Source: Bacteroidota bacterium
Lineage (GTDB): Bacteria; Bacteroidota; Bacteroidia; Bacteroidales; JAHJDW01
Direction: 5' to 3'
Assembly: GCA_043800975.1 (NCBI GenBank)
Contig: JAZDMK010000006.1
Span: 4,678 to 68,677 of the forward strand
Length of the DNA stretch: 64,000 bases
Within the stretch, counting starts at the first letter, position 1. Each line of letters starts with the position of its first letter. The translations under genes and the position numbers were made by a program. This document shows, piece after piece, positions 1 through 8,321 of the stretch. The notes below the pieces were generated by a model. The model had not been told where the DNA came from, made no database searches, and was given only the letters and a program-made list of their open reading frames with translations.

Positions 1-1
1 T

Positions 2-517
2 ATCAAAGCATTGGGTGGAAAGGTTGGCGATTCGCTGATTGAAGATGACAAGATTGAAATCGCACGCAGTATTGTGCAGGAAGTGATGCTGAAGGGTGTT
101 AATCTTTACCTGCCAACCGATGCAATCATTACGCAGGCTTTTTCAAACGAAGCGGATGCAACGGAATGTATTGCCGAGGATATTCCTGACGGATGGATGG
201 GGCTTGATATTGGTCGTAAAAGCTGTAGACGTTTTGCTGAAATCATTAATCATTCTGAAACTATTTTATGGAACGGCCCGATGGGTGTTTTCGAAATGGA
301 TAAATTCAAACAGGGAACAAAGGCTGTTGCAATAGCGGTTGCAAGTGCTACTATCAGCGGTTCATTCTCATTGATAGGCGGTGGTGATTCTGTTGCGGCG
401 ATCAACCAATTTAATCTGACTGATCAGATGAGTTATGTTTCTACGGGTGGCGGTGCTATGCTTGAGTATATTGAAGGTAAAGCTCTGCCGGGTGTGAAGG
501 CGATACTTTCTAAGTAA
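2..517 (+). CDS. pgk: phosphoglycerate kinase, C-terminal part (5' end lies upstream of window)
   Basis: Frame open to window edge; PGK C-terminal motifs WNGPMGVFE and STGGGAMLEYIEGK; stop at 515-517. Confidence 0.92.
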   Translation: MKALGGKVGDSLIEDDKIEIARSIVQEVMLKGVNLYLPTDAIITQAFSNEADATECIAEDIPDGWMGLDIGRKSCRRFAEIINHSETILWNGPMGVFEMDKFKQGTKAVAIAVASATISGSFSLIGGGDSVAAINQFNLTDQMSYVSTGGGAMLEYIEGKALPGVKAILSK

Positions 518-518
518 G

Positions 519-687
519 AATTTATTTTTCATTTTTCTGAAGTATTCCATTCCAATCATTGGAAAATAAAGGAGTACAATTTTTTTAAGCGCAGGTTCGA
601 GTGCAGGCTTTCCACCCGCCGCGGCGGACCTTCTCCAAGCTTCCGACTTCGGGCAAAAATTTAAAAATTCATTTTTCATTTCTTTGA
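519..687. repeat. 22-bp imperfect direct repeats bracketing a GC-rich insert with two perfect palindromes
   Basis: AATTTATTTTTCATTTTTCTGA (519-540) vs AATTCATTTTTCATTTCTTTGA (666-687), 19/22 identical; TTCCAATCATTGGAA at 550-564; CCGCCGCGGCGG at 616-627. Confidence 0.5.
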
Positions 688-699
688 TTTTCCGAAATA

Positions 700-2256
700 A
701 TGTCTATTTTTATAAAAAAATCAATTATGCCTAAAGGACATCTTGTTTTAATCGGTGGCGGAAAAGACACTGATTTTATTTTCGAACGCATTTTCGAACT
801 GGCTGGTGAGAAGGCCAACGTAAAAATGGCTATTATTCCTACAGCCAGTGGTCATATCAATCAGACGATGAATGCGTATGTAGAATATTTTACAAAGGAC
901 CTCGGTTTGAAACCCGAGCAGGTGTGGGCTGTTCCGCTTGCCGTAGAAGATGATGACACATCACCCGATGTGGATGAAAGCCAGTGGAAGATGAATGCAT
1001 TTGATCCTTCTTTTTGTGAAAAAATTGCCGGTTATAACCTTATCTTTTTTGTGGGTGGCGACCAGCGCCGTTACCTGGAAGCTCTGGAAAAGGATAAAGT
1101 GGAAACCCCTTTATTAAAAGCCATTTATCAGGTATATGAAAACGGTGGCGTGGTTGCAGGAACCAGCGCAGGGACAAATATCATGAGTGAGCAATCCATT
1201 GCCGGTGGACGCAGTGAGGAGGCACTCAGCAATCAGATCACATTCAGTTCTACAGAAGACGATGGAAAAAAATTACTGATCATCGATGGATTTGGTTTTA
1301 TTAAAAATGTATTAACCGACACTCACTTTGATGTGCGTGGTCGTCTGGGTCGCTTGATTGAAGCGGCATCACTCACAGGAAATCGTTATGGTTTTGGAAT
1401 GGGGGAATGCACTTCCGTTGTGTATCATCCCGACAGCACGGTTGAGGTTTGTGGTCTAAGCGATGTTTTTATTATTGATATGGTTAATGCGGTTAATCAT
1501 GGAAAGAAAAATTCTTTCCCACATATTACGAATGTTAAAGTTCATATACTGACACACGGTGATTGCTTTAATCTGGAAACAGAAGAATTTAAACCAGGAC
1601 CCGGAAAGCAAAACATCATTAATACCCCTTACTACGGAAAGGATGATTATAACATCAGCCTGAATGTTTTCGGCGAATATGAAATTGCTAACATTATCAC
1701 AAAATATCTGCTCGATAACGAAGCCCATGAAGTAATCGGAATTATGGACTTTGAAAAATATTATCTTCCCGGTAACTCAACGGCCTGTATTCGTTTTTTG
1801 CAGACCAAGGAAACAAATGCTTTCTATTGTAAAGCGAAACTTCAACCCAATGATGAAGAGCCAAAAGAAATTTATTCCGGTATTCATGTTAGGGCTGATG
1901 TAATCCCACTTGATTATGTCGAATCAAATACACGTCATGATGTTTGTGATGTGGTTGCTTTTGCTGTCGACAACTCGTTACGGTTAGTTGTGTTTGATGC
2001 TGAAAAAACATATCCTGTATGTGATGCGAAGGTTGAAATTTATGATCAAAAAAATGAACTGATCTTTCGAACAGGTACTGATAAGTTTGGAAAAGCCCGC
2101 GTGTCAGGCTTCCTGGAAGACGGAGCGCAGTATATGCTAAAAGTGATTTATGACGAAAGTGAAATCCAGGGAAAATTCAACTATGAAGAAAATATGCGTG
2201 GTTTCTGCTTTACAGATAACGCTGGAGAAAGCAACGATCGCAGGGACAGAGATTGA
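700..2256 (+). CDS. cyanophycinase-like peptidase S51 with ~220-aa C-terminal extension
   Basis: 518-aa ORF; LVLIGGGKD, GTSAGT nucleophile elbow and DTHFDVRGRLGRL fit the S51/cyanophycinase pattern; C-terminus has a beta-sandwich-like segment (RLVVFDAE..AKVEIYD..TDKFGKARV). Start could also be ATG 727. Confidence 0.75.
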   Translation: MSIFIKKSIMPKGHLVLIGGGKDTDFIFERIFELAGEKANVKMAIIPTASGHINQTMNAYVEYFTKDLGLKPEQVWAVPLAVEDDDTSPDVDESQWKMNAFDPSFCEKIAGYNLIFFVGGDQRRYLEALEKDKVETPLLKAIYQVYENGGVVAGTSAGTNIMSEQSIAGGRSEEALSNQITFSSTEDDGKKLLIIDGFGFIKNVLTDTHFDVRGRLGRLIEAASLTGNRYGFGMGECTSVVYHPDSTVEVCGLSDVFIIDMVNAVNHGKKNSFPHITNVKVHILTHGDCFNLETEEFKPGPGKQNIINTPYYGKDDYNISLNVFGEYEIANIITKYLLDNEAHEVIGIMDFEKYYLPGNSTACIRFLQTKETNAFYCKAKLQPNDEEPKEIYSGIHVRADVIPLDYVESNTRHDVCDVVAFAVDNSLRLVVFDAEKTYPVCDAKVEIYDQKNELIFRTGTDKFGKARVSGFLEDGAQYMLKVIYDESEIQGKFNYEENMRGFCFTDNAGESNDRRDRD

Positions 2257-2261
2257 TAATT

Positions 2262-4727
2262 TTACAGAACGAAGGTAAAACTGAAACGATAGGCCAGATT
2301 ATTTTTTAAGTCCGGCAATGCATACGCACCATGACGCAGGTAGGTGCCAAAACCTAACCCGAGATAATTAACGCGAATCAAATTATTCAGTATAATTCCT
2401 GTTTCGTGATAACCGAGTGATGGTATCTGGAATTCTTGTCCGGTGTGTCTTTCCACATTCGTCATGTCGCCAAACATCATATTGTGTGCAATCAGAATGT
2501 CAGGACGGAAATGTTTTTTATTCATCAGCAACCTTCCGAAGTTGTGAATGAAAAAGAGCGCTGCATAGCGATCACAGAAAAATTCATTCATGCGCATGGT
2601 TGTAAAAGAATTCGCAGGAAGAATGGTCATAGGTCTGTACGAAGCAGGTGCATTATATAAATTGCACAGTGGCACGTCGCCTTCAACAAAACCGCCTTGT
2701 GCACGAAACATAGTGCGTCCGAAATTTTTTAAGGTGAATGTTTTGTCAACAGATAAATCAAAACGATTGTATTCAAAACTTCCTGAAAATGCACCCAAAT
2801 TCACAGGGAGCATATCACCAAGGCCCCGCGTATACTGTCCTGTAACAATTGGGAAACGTGTTCCCATCGAAAGGCGTGTGTTGAAATTATCCATGAATTC
2901 CTCACGCCATGCAAAGCGGAATCCTACCGAAAATTCGCTGAAAGAATAATTATTCAACATCACACTCACATTTTCATAGGGATAAATGTATTGGTAAGAA
3001 TTTGTCACTGTTTTATCATTGTATGCCAGTGAAGCGCGAAGCTTGAGACACTTCATCAGGTGTGACGAAACTGCAATTTCAGTGGACTGAATCTGATCCA
3101 TATCATTGATCAGGTAATCTCTGTATGCACCGGAAGAAAAGGAAGAGGAGAAAAAGGATTCATCTGAAAAAGGAAATTTAATTTCACCTTTTTCAGTTAC
3201 ATCATTTTTGTATTTAAATGAAAATCGTACATCGCGCGGCTTCCAAAGCCTTATCCATGCATCATATCCGTATTTGAAAGCTTTGTCTTTAAACCCATAA
3301 CCATAAAAACCACCGATGGCAAACCATTGCGAAAGTTTATTGTTGGTTTGAACATCCAGTGTTGTGCGAAAGCCTTCGTAATCGTTGCCTTCAAAAAGAC
3401 GGATAATATCAATTTCAATTATCTTCCATGGAATTTTTCCAAGAATAAATGTTTCCATGTTTCGGAATCGTCGGTCAAAATTTTCTTTTTTCCCAACACT
3501 ATCCATAAAATGATATGTATTTTGATCACGCTCATTCAGGCTATCGGTGCGGTATTGCTGCCAAAAGTCATCTTTCATTTTTGCTGCATTCGGATCAACA
3601 GAAAAGCTTGCCATGCCGAAGTTTTTCCGCGCCAGATTGCTGTCTATTACAATATCGTAGATGTAGGTTCGGCCCAGTGTTATTACGCTGCTGCCATTAA
3701 TCTGCGCATTGTTGAAGGTCATGTCCGTATTCATCTGAACAGGAAACCAGTTTTTTCCGTCAACCCATTCATATTGCTGTTGTATCTTCAAGGTTGTGCC
3801 CGCCTGCGCTTCTGTTGGCTCCGCGATAACATTCTGAATTGCCCAGTTGTTCGTATTGATATAAAGCAGCCCTTTCAAGGCATCGAAATTTTTATTTTTC
3901 CGCGGGCGGAATGAAATGATGAACACACTGTCGTTGCCGGAATAGAGCGTGTCTTCCAGAAGGAAAAAATACTTATTTGTACTGCCGGAACTGATCGGAT
4001 TCAAATACGATTTATCACCCACTTTAATCAGTTCATCGTAAAAAGCGAACGATTGCATTTGCGATGCAAGTATTGTGAATGCAGGATTGTTAAACCCTGA
4101 AACACGCGATCCGATAACGGTTTCGCTGTTAAGCCCGGGCTTTCGATAAAGCCGCTGGCTGACAAATTCCATGATAAAAAAATCGGAAGAGTCTAAAAAC
4201 TTAGTCAGCTTATGCAGTGAAGTATCTTTGCTTCCTGCAATACTATCTGCTTTGCGGAGGTTTTTATTATCTGCTGTAAAAATTGTTTTGTTGTAGGAAG
4301 TGTATGAAAAACTTTTTTTCTGTAAGGGATCGTTACTGTTTCGGAAAGACACCGCATTTTCAATGATTCGGTGGGCTGGATTTTCTCCGGGAAAAATTTG
4401 AACTACGTTCAGTTCATATTGAGTAGATGTTAACTCAGCATTAATAAAAGCTGCATCTGATAAAGGAATACTCAGTGGGCTGTAGCCGACAAAACTAAAT
4501 TTTATTTCTTTCGCCGAAACCGGAACCTGAATTGAAAAGCGTCCATCAAGATCGGAAGTAGTTCCCTGCCGGTTGTTTCCATACGTGATGCTGACAAATG
4601 GAAGTGGTTCGTGTGTGACGGCATCAGTAACTTTGCCTTTTATCGTCTTGCTTTGCGCCAATGATAATAGCGGAATGCAAAAAAGCAGAAAGAAAAAGTT
4701 GGTATATAAAACACGTCTCATTTTCAT
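2262..4727 (-). CDS. outer-membrane protein with CarboxypepD_reg-like N-domain (DUF5686-like)
   Basis: Signal peptide MKMRRVLYTNFFFLLFCIPLLSLAQS, then KGKVTDAVTHEPLPFVSI..SDLDGRFSI; long beta-rich C-terminal region. ORF-track start 4778 trimmed to ATG 4727. Confidence 0.7.
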   Translation of the reverse strand: MKMRRVLYTNFFFLLFCIPLLSLAQSKTIKGKVTDAVTHEPLPFVSITYGNNRQGTTSDLDGRFSIQVPVSAKEIKFSFVGYSPLSIPLSDAAFINAELTSTQYELNVVQIFPGENPAHRIIENAVSFRNSNDPLQKKSFSYTSYNKTIFTADNKNLRKADSIAGSKDTSLHKLTKFLDSSDFFIMEFVSQRLYRKPGLNSETVIGSRVSGFNNPAFTILASQMQSFAFYDELIKVGDKSYLNPISSGSTNKYFFLLEDTLYSGNDSVFIISFRPRKNKNFDALKGLLYINTNNWAIQNVIAEPTEAQAGTTLKIQQQYEWVDGKNWFPVQMNTDMTFNNAQINGSSVITLGRTYIYDIVIDSNLARKNFGMASFSVDPNAAKMKDDFWQQYRTDSLNERDQNTYHFMDSVGKKENFDRRFRNMETFILGKIPWKIIEIDIIRLFEGNDYEGFRTTLDVQTNNKLSQWFAIGGFYGYGFKDKAFKYGYDAWIRLWKPRDVRFSFKYKNDVTEKGEIKFPFSDESFFSSSFSSGAYRDYLINDMDQIQSTEIAVSSHLMKCLKLRASLAYNDKTVTNSYQYIYPYENVSVMLNNYSFSEFSVGFRFAWREEFMDNFNTRLSMGTRFPIVTGQYTRGLGDMLPVNLGAFSGSFEYNRFDLSVDKTFTLKNFGRTMFRAQGGFVEGDVPLCNLYNAPASYRPMTILPANSFTTMRMNEFFCDRYAALFFIHNFGRLLMNKKHFRPDILIAHNMMFGDMTNVERHTGQEFQIPSLGYHETGIILNNLIRVNYLGLGFGTYLRHGAYALPDLKNNLAYRFSFTFVL

Positions 4728-4810
4728 AAATTGAATCGGCAATTTACATTTTTTTAAGATTTCATGATAAGTGTACACAGATTGAACGACGGTGAATTGG
4801 AGATTCTTAT

Positions 4811-4818
4811 TATTTTTG
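4811..4818 (+). promoter_or_regulatory. candidate Bacteroidota -7 promoter box (TAnnTTTG)
   Basis: TATTTTTG lies 22 nt upstream of ATG 4840. Confidence 0.4.
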
Positions 4819-4839
4819 CATGCGTTTTTTTATCAGGGA

Positions 4840-5007
4840 ATGGAAAAGAAGAAAATTATAAAGATCCGGTTTAACAAAAATCAAAAGAACAAGGCTCGAA
4901 GGCGATCAAGCAGGGAGCTTGAGAAGGATTTACCATTGCATTCAGTAGCCTATAAAAACAGAAAAAAATATGACCGGAAGAAAAAACATAAAGCGAAAGA
5001 AGAATAA
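4840..5007 (+). CDS. hypothetical 55-aa extremely basic peptide
   Basis: ATG in frame within ORF 4792-5007; MEKKKIIKIRFNKNQKNKARRRSS..KNRKKYDRKKKHKAKEE; has its own -7 box and is followed directly by a hairpin terminator. Lysine-rich ORFs arise easily in AT-rich DNA, so confidence is low. Confidence 0.3.
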   Translation: MEKKKIIKIRFNKNQKNKARRRSSRELEKDLPLHSVAYKNRKKYDRKKKHKAKEE

Positions 5008-5013
5008 ACAAAA

Positions 5014-5036
5014 AAAGCCCTGAATGGGCTTTTTTG
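5014..5036. terminator. bidirectional intrinsic terminator
   Basis: AAAAAAAGCCC-TGAAT-GGGCTTTTTT; A-run and T-run flank the stem, so it can serve both the small + ORF and the - strand tRNA. Confidence 0.7.
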
Positions 5037-5037
5037 T

Positions 5038-5109
5038 TGACCGACCAAGGCTCGAACTTGGACTCTTCTGAACCAAAATCAGACGTGTTGCCAGTTACAC
5101 CATCGGTCA
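5038..5109 (-). tRNA. tRNA-Gln (anticodon TTG)
   Basis: Reverse complement TGACCGATGGTGTAACTGGCAACACGTCTGATTTTGGTTCAGAAGAGTCCAAGTTCGAGCCTTGGTCGGTCA folds as a 72-nt cloverleaf: 7-bp acceptor, TCTGA/TCAGA anticodon stem, loop TTTTGGT, CCAAG-TTCGAGC-CTTGG T-arm; no encoded CCA. Confidence 0.9.
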
Positions 5110-5200
5110 ATAAGTCGGCAAATATAGCAAATTTAAAAAAACAACAAATTTTTCAGGCTCAAAAATTATTTCTAATTTCACACCCTCAAATAAAAAGCAT

Positions 5201-8200
5201 ATGATGAGTTACAAGCGAATTAATAACGTGGCAGGATGGGCAGCTTTTGCAGTAGCCCTGATCGTTTACACACTGACGCTAGAACCTACAGCCAGTTGGT
5301 GGGATTGTGGAGAGTTCATATTATCGTCCTATAAATTAGAAGTAGGCCATCCTCCTGGCAATGCATTGTTTATCCTGTTGGGTCGCTTTTTTACACTTTT
5401 TGCAGGCGGTAATATTCAACTTGTTTCTGTTATGGTGAACTTCATGTCGGCGCTGATGAGTGCCTTCACTATATTATTCCTTTTTTGGACCATAACGGCT
5501 TTTGCCAGAAAAATTGTTGGTCAGAAAGAAGAAGAGTTAAATCAAAATTCACTCTGGAAAATTATCGGAAGCGGGCTTGTGGGTGCACTGGCATTCACAT
5601 TCAGCGATTCGTTCTGGTTTTCAGCTGTTGAAGGTGAAGTTTACGCCAGCTCATCATTCTTTACTGCTATCGTGTTCTGGGCGATCCTTAAGTGGGAAAA
5701 CGTTGCAGATGATCCAAAAGCAATACGCTGGCTGATACTGATTGCTTACCTTATGGGTTTGTCAATCAATATTCACTTGCTGAATATCCTTACCATTCCT
5801 GCTATTGCGTTTGTTTATTATTTTAAGAAATACAAACCTACTACGAAAGGTGTTATCTACACTTCGATCATTTCTATGGGGATGGTGCTTATAGTGCAGT
5901 ATGGAATCGTGGGCGGGTTGATTAAATTTGCCAGTAAATTCGACCTTTTCTTTGTCAATAGCATGGGAATGGGATTTGGCTCCGGTGTAATTTTCTTTAC
6001 ATTGCTGGTTGTTGGAATAACAGTGTTCGGAATTTATCGTACGATTAAAAAAGGTGCTGTTCTCTGGAATACTTTCTGGCTTTGTTTTGCATTTATCGTT
6101 ATCGGTTATTCTTCATTTGTCGTTGTTGTTATTCGTGCGCAAGCCAATACACCCATAAACGAAAATGATCCAAGCAATGTGTTTGCATTTCTTTCGTATG
6201 TTAACCGTGAGCAATATGGCGACAGGCCTTTGTTTTATGGTCCAAACTACAATGCTGAAATTATTAAAAGTGAAAAGGGAGCTTCGATATACGCAGTTGG
6301 AAAAGACAAATATGATGAAGTAAGTTATAAACCCGAATACAAATATGATCCGAAGGCATGCACTGTGTTTCCGCGTATGTACAGTACAGAATCGCATCAT
6401 ATAGCAGCTTACAAATCTTGGGCTGGCATAAAAGGTGAGGCTACTCCAACATTTTCGCAAAACCTGAAATACTTTTTCGCATATCAAATGAACCATATGT
6501 ATTTCCGGTATTTTATGTGGAATTTTGCAGGGCGGCAAAACGATATCCAGGGCCATGGAAGCGTATCGGAAGGTAACTGGATCACAGGAATCCCTTTTCT
6601 GGATGGCATACGTAATGGTTCGCAAGATAGTTTATCAGATAGCCAGATGAACAATAAGGCTAGGAACACTTTCTTCATGCTGCCATTTTTACTTGGTATG
6701 ATTGGGATGTTTTTCCAGTTTTCAAGAAAAAATAAAGATGCATGGGCAGTCATGCTGTTCTTCATTATGACGGGTGCAGCTATTGTTGTTTATCTGAATC
6801 AATATCCCTATCAGCCCCGTGAACGTGATTATGCATTTGCCGGATCTTTTTATGGATTTGCAATCTGGATAGGACTTGGCGTAATGTCGCTCGCAGATTT
6901 TTTACAAAAGAAAAAAGAATCTTTTATTACAACACTTGCTGTAATTGGTGGTACAATGATTCTGGTTCCCGGTATCATGGCGGCACAGGGATGGGATGAT
7001 CACGATCGATCAAATAAATATACTTCACGTGATTTTGCTGCAAATTATTTAATGTCGTGTAAGCCTAATGCAATTCTGGTTACGAACGGTGATAATGACA
7101 CATTCCCGCTTTGGTACTGCCAGGAAGTGGAAGGAATTCGTACAGATGTGCGTGTAATAAATATGGAGCTTGCCAGTGGCGACTGGTACATCAAGCAGTT
7201 TGTAAACAGATTGTATGATTCTCCACCGGTTGAATTGACCATTCCGGTTGAAGATTACCGCACAGGAACAAACGATTATGTTCCTATCTATGTTGATGAA
7301 GGCACAGACCCGGTGATGGAGCTGAAAGATGTTTTGAAATTTATTGCAAGCAAGGATCCGGATAAAAAAGTTCGTATGGACGATGGCCGTTCGATGAGTT
7401 TCATTCCCTGCAAGTCGTTCCGCATGACAGTGGATTCAGCAACTGTACTGAAAAATGGAATTGTTCCCAAAGAATTTGCCAATAAAATTCAAAAGGTGAT
7501 GGAATGGAAAACGGGCAGGCAGTACATTTATAAGAACGACCTGGTTATTATGGATATTATTGCCAGCAACTTTGGAAAACGTCCGATTTATTTTGTAGCT
7601 CCCAGCAGTATTAGTCATATTGTGAATGTTGAACCGTATTTCCAACTGGAAGGTTTTGCTTCGCAGATTGTTCCCATGCAACTCGATACAAACAGAAAAG
7701 TGGATAATATCAATACTGAAGCGATGTATGATAATATCATGAACAAATTTAAATGGGGCAATGTAAATAATCCAAACAATTACCTGGATCCTGAAACACG
7801 TCGTATGTGTTATAGTGTTCGTATTGCTTTCGGAAGGCTTTCATCCGCATTGGTTTTAGAGGGCAAAAAGGATAAAGCAATAAAAGTTTGTGACCGTTGC
7901 ATCGAAGTTACTCCAGATGCAGCAGTTCCCTATGATCTTTATCTGTTGCCTGTTGTAGAAAATTATTATGCCTGTAATGCCAATGATAAAGCCAATGCGA
8001 TCATAAAACGCATGGTGGATATCGCAGAAAATGAAATGAATTATTACTTCTCGTTAGGAAAAAAACACTTCACAGATATCCAGGAAGATGCACAACGCAA
8101 TATGGCAGTTATTCAGCGATGCATGGACCTTACTCAAAGATACAAGCAAACAGAACTGAATAAAAATATTACATCACGCTTTAACCGTCTGGCGCAAATG

Positions 8201-8215
8201 TATCAGGCTTCATAA
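5201..8215 (+). CDS. DUF2723-type (TMEM260-like, GT-C fold) membrane glycosyltransferase, paralogue 1
   Basis: 1004 aa; multi-TM N-terminal half with EPTASWWDCGEF..KLEVGHPPG..GRFFTLFAG and NGDNDTFPLWYCQEVEGIRTDVRVIN; helical-repeat C-terminus. Confidence 0.85.
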   Translation: MMSYKRINNVAGWAAFAVALIVYTLTLEPTASWWDCGEFILSSYKLEVGHPPGNALFILLGRFFTLFAGGNIQLVSVMVNFMSALMSAFTILFLFWTITAFARKIVGQKEEELNQNSLWKIIGSGLVGALAFTFSDSFWFSAVEGEVYASSSFFTAIVFWAILKWENVADDPKAIRWLILIAYLMGLSINIHLLNILTIPAIAFVYYFKKYKPTTKGVIYTSIISMGMVLIVQYGIVGGLIKFASKFDLFFVNSMGMGFGSGVIFFTLLVVGITVFGIYRTIKKGAVLWNTFWLCFAFIVIGYSSFVVVVIRAQANTPINENDPSNVFAFLSYVNREQYGDRPLFYGPNYNAEIIKSEKGASIYAVGKDKYDEVSYKPEYKYDPKACTVFPRMYSTESHHIAAYKSWAGIKGEATPTFSQNLKYFFAYQMNHMYFRYFMWNFAGRQNDIQGHGSVSEGNWITGIPFLDGIRNGSQDSLSDSQMNNKARNTFFMLPFLLGMIGMFFQFSRKNKDAWAVMLFFIMTGAAIVVYLNQYPYQPRERDYAFAGSFYGFAIWIGLGVMSLADFLQKKKESFITTLAVIGGTMILVPGIMAAQGWDDHDRSNKYTSRDFAANYLMSCKPNAILVTNGDNDTFPLWYCQEVEGIRTDVRVINMELASGDWYIKQFVNRLYDSPPVELTIPVEDYRTGTNDYVPIYVDEGTDPVMELKDVLKFIASKDPDKKVRMDDGRSMSFIPCKSFRMTVDSATVLKNGIVPKEFANKIQKVMEWKTGRQYIYKNDLVIMDIIASNFGKRPIYFVAPSSISHIVNVEPYFQLEGFASQIVPMQLDTNRKVDNINTEAMYDNIMNKFKWGNVNNPNNYLDPETRRMCYSVRIAFGRLSSALVLEGKKDKAIKVCDRCIEVTPDAAVPYDLYLLPVVENYYACNANDKANAIIKRMVDIAENEMNYYFSLGKKHFTDIQEDAQRNMAVIQRCMDLTQRYKQTELNKNITSRFNRLAQMYQAS

Positions 8216-8238
8216 AAAAAGTTAATTTATTGAAAAAG

Positions 8239-8275
8239 GCAGGCTCGCATTTGTGAGCCTGCCTTTTGTTTTTTA
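8239..8275 (+). terminator. intrinsic terminator between the DUF2723 paralogues
   Basis: GGCAGGCTC (8239-8247) pairs with GAGCCTGCC (8255-8263), followed by TTTTGTTTTTT. Confidence 0.8.
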
Positions 8276-8321
8276 TACAAGTAAAAAGTTTTTGTATTTT
8301 CGTTCTGCGAATTATTTCATT

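Noticed and set aside
589-627. tRNA-like T-arm remnants (CAGGTTCGAGTGCAGG here and GGTAGTCGAATCCGTC at 29526-29541) as possible integration-site scars
   Set aside because: The flanking bases do not form a T-stem (direct rather than inverted GCAGG; 11-nt loop at 29.5 kb), and no acceptor-stem remnant is present.
3327-3914. The 195-aa plus-strand ORF inside the DUF5686-like gene, and similar antisense ORFs at 6113-6625, 13151-13615 and 34108-34890
   Set aside because: They are antisense to strongly supported genes, have hydrophobic or low-complexity composition, and carry no recognisable motifs.
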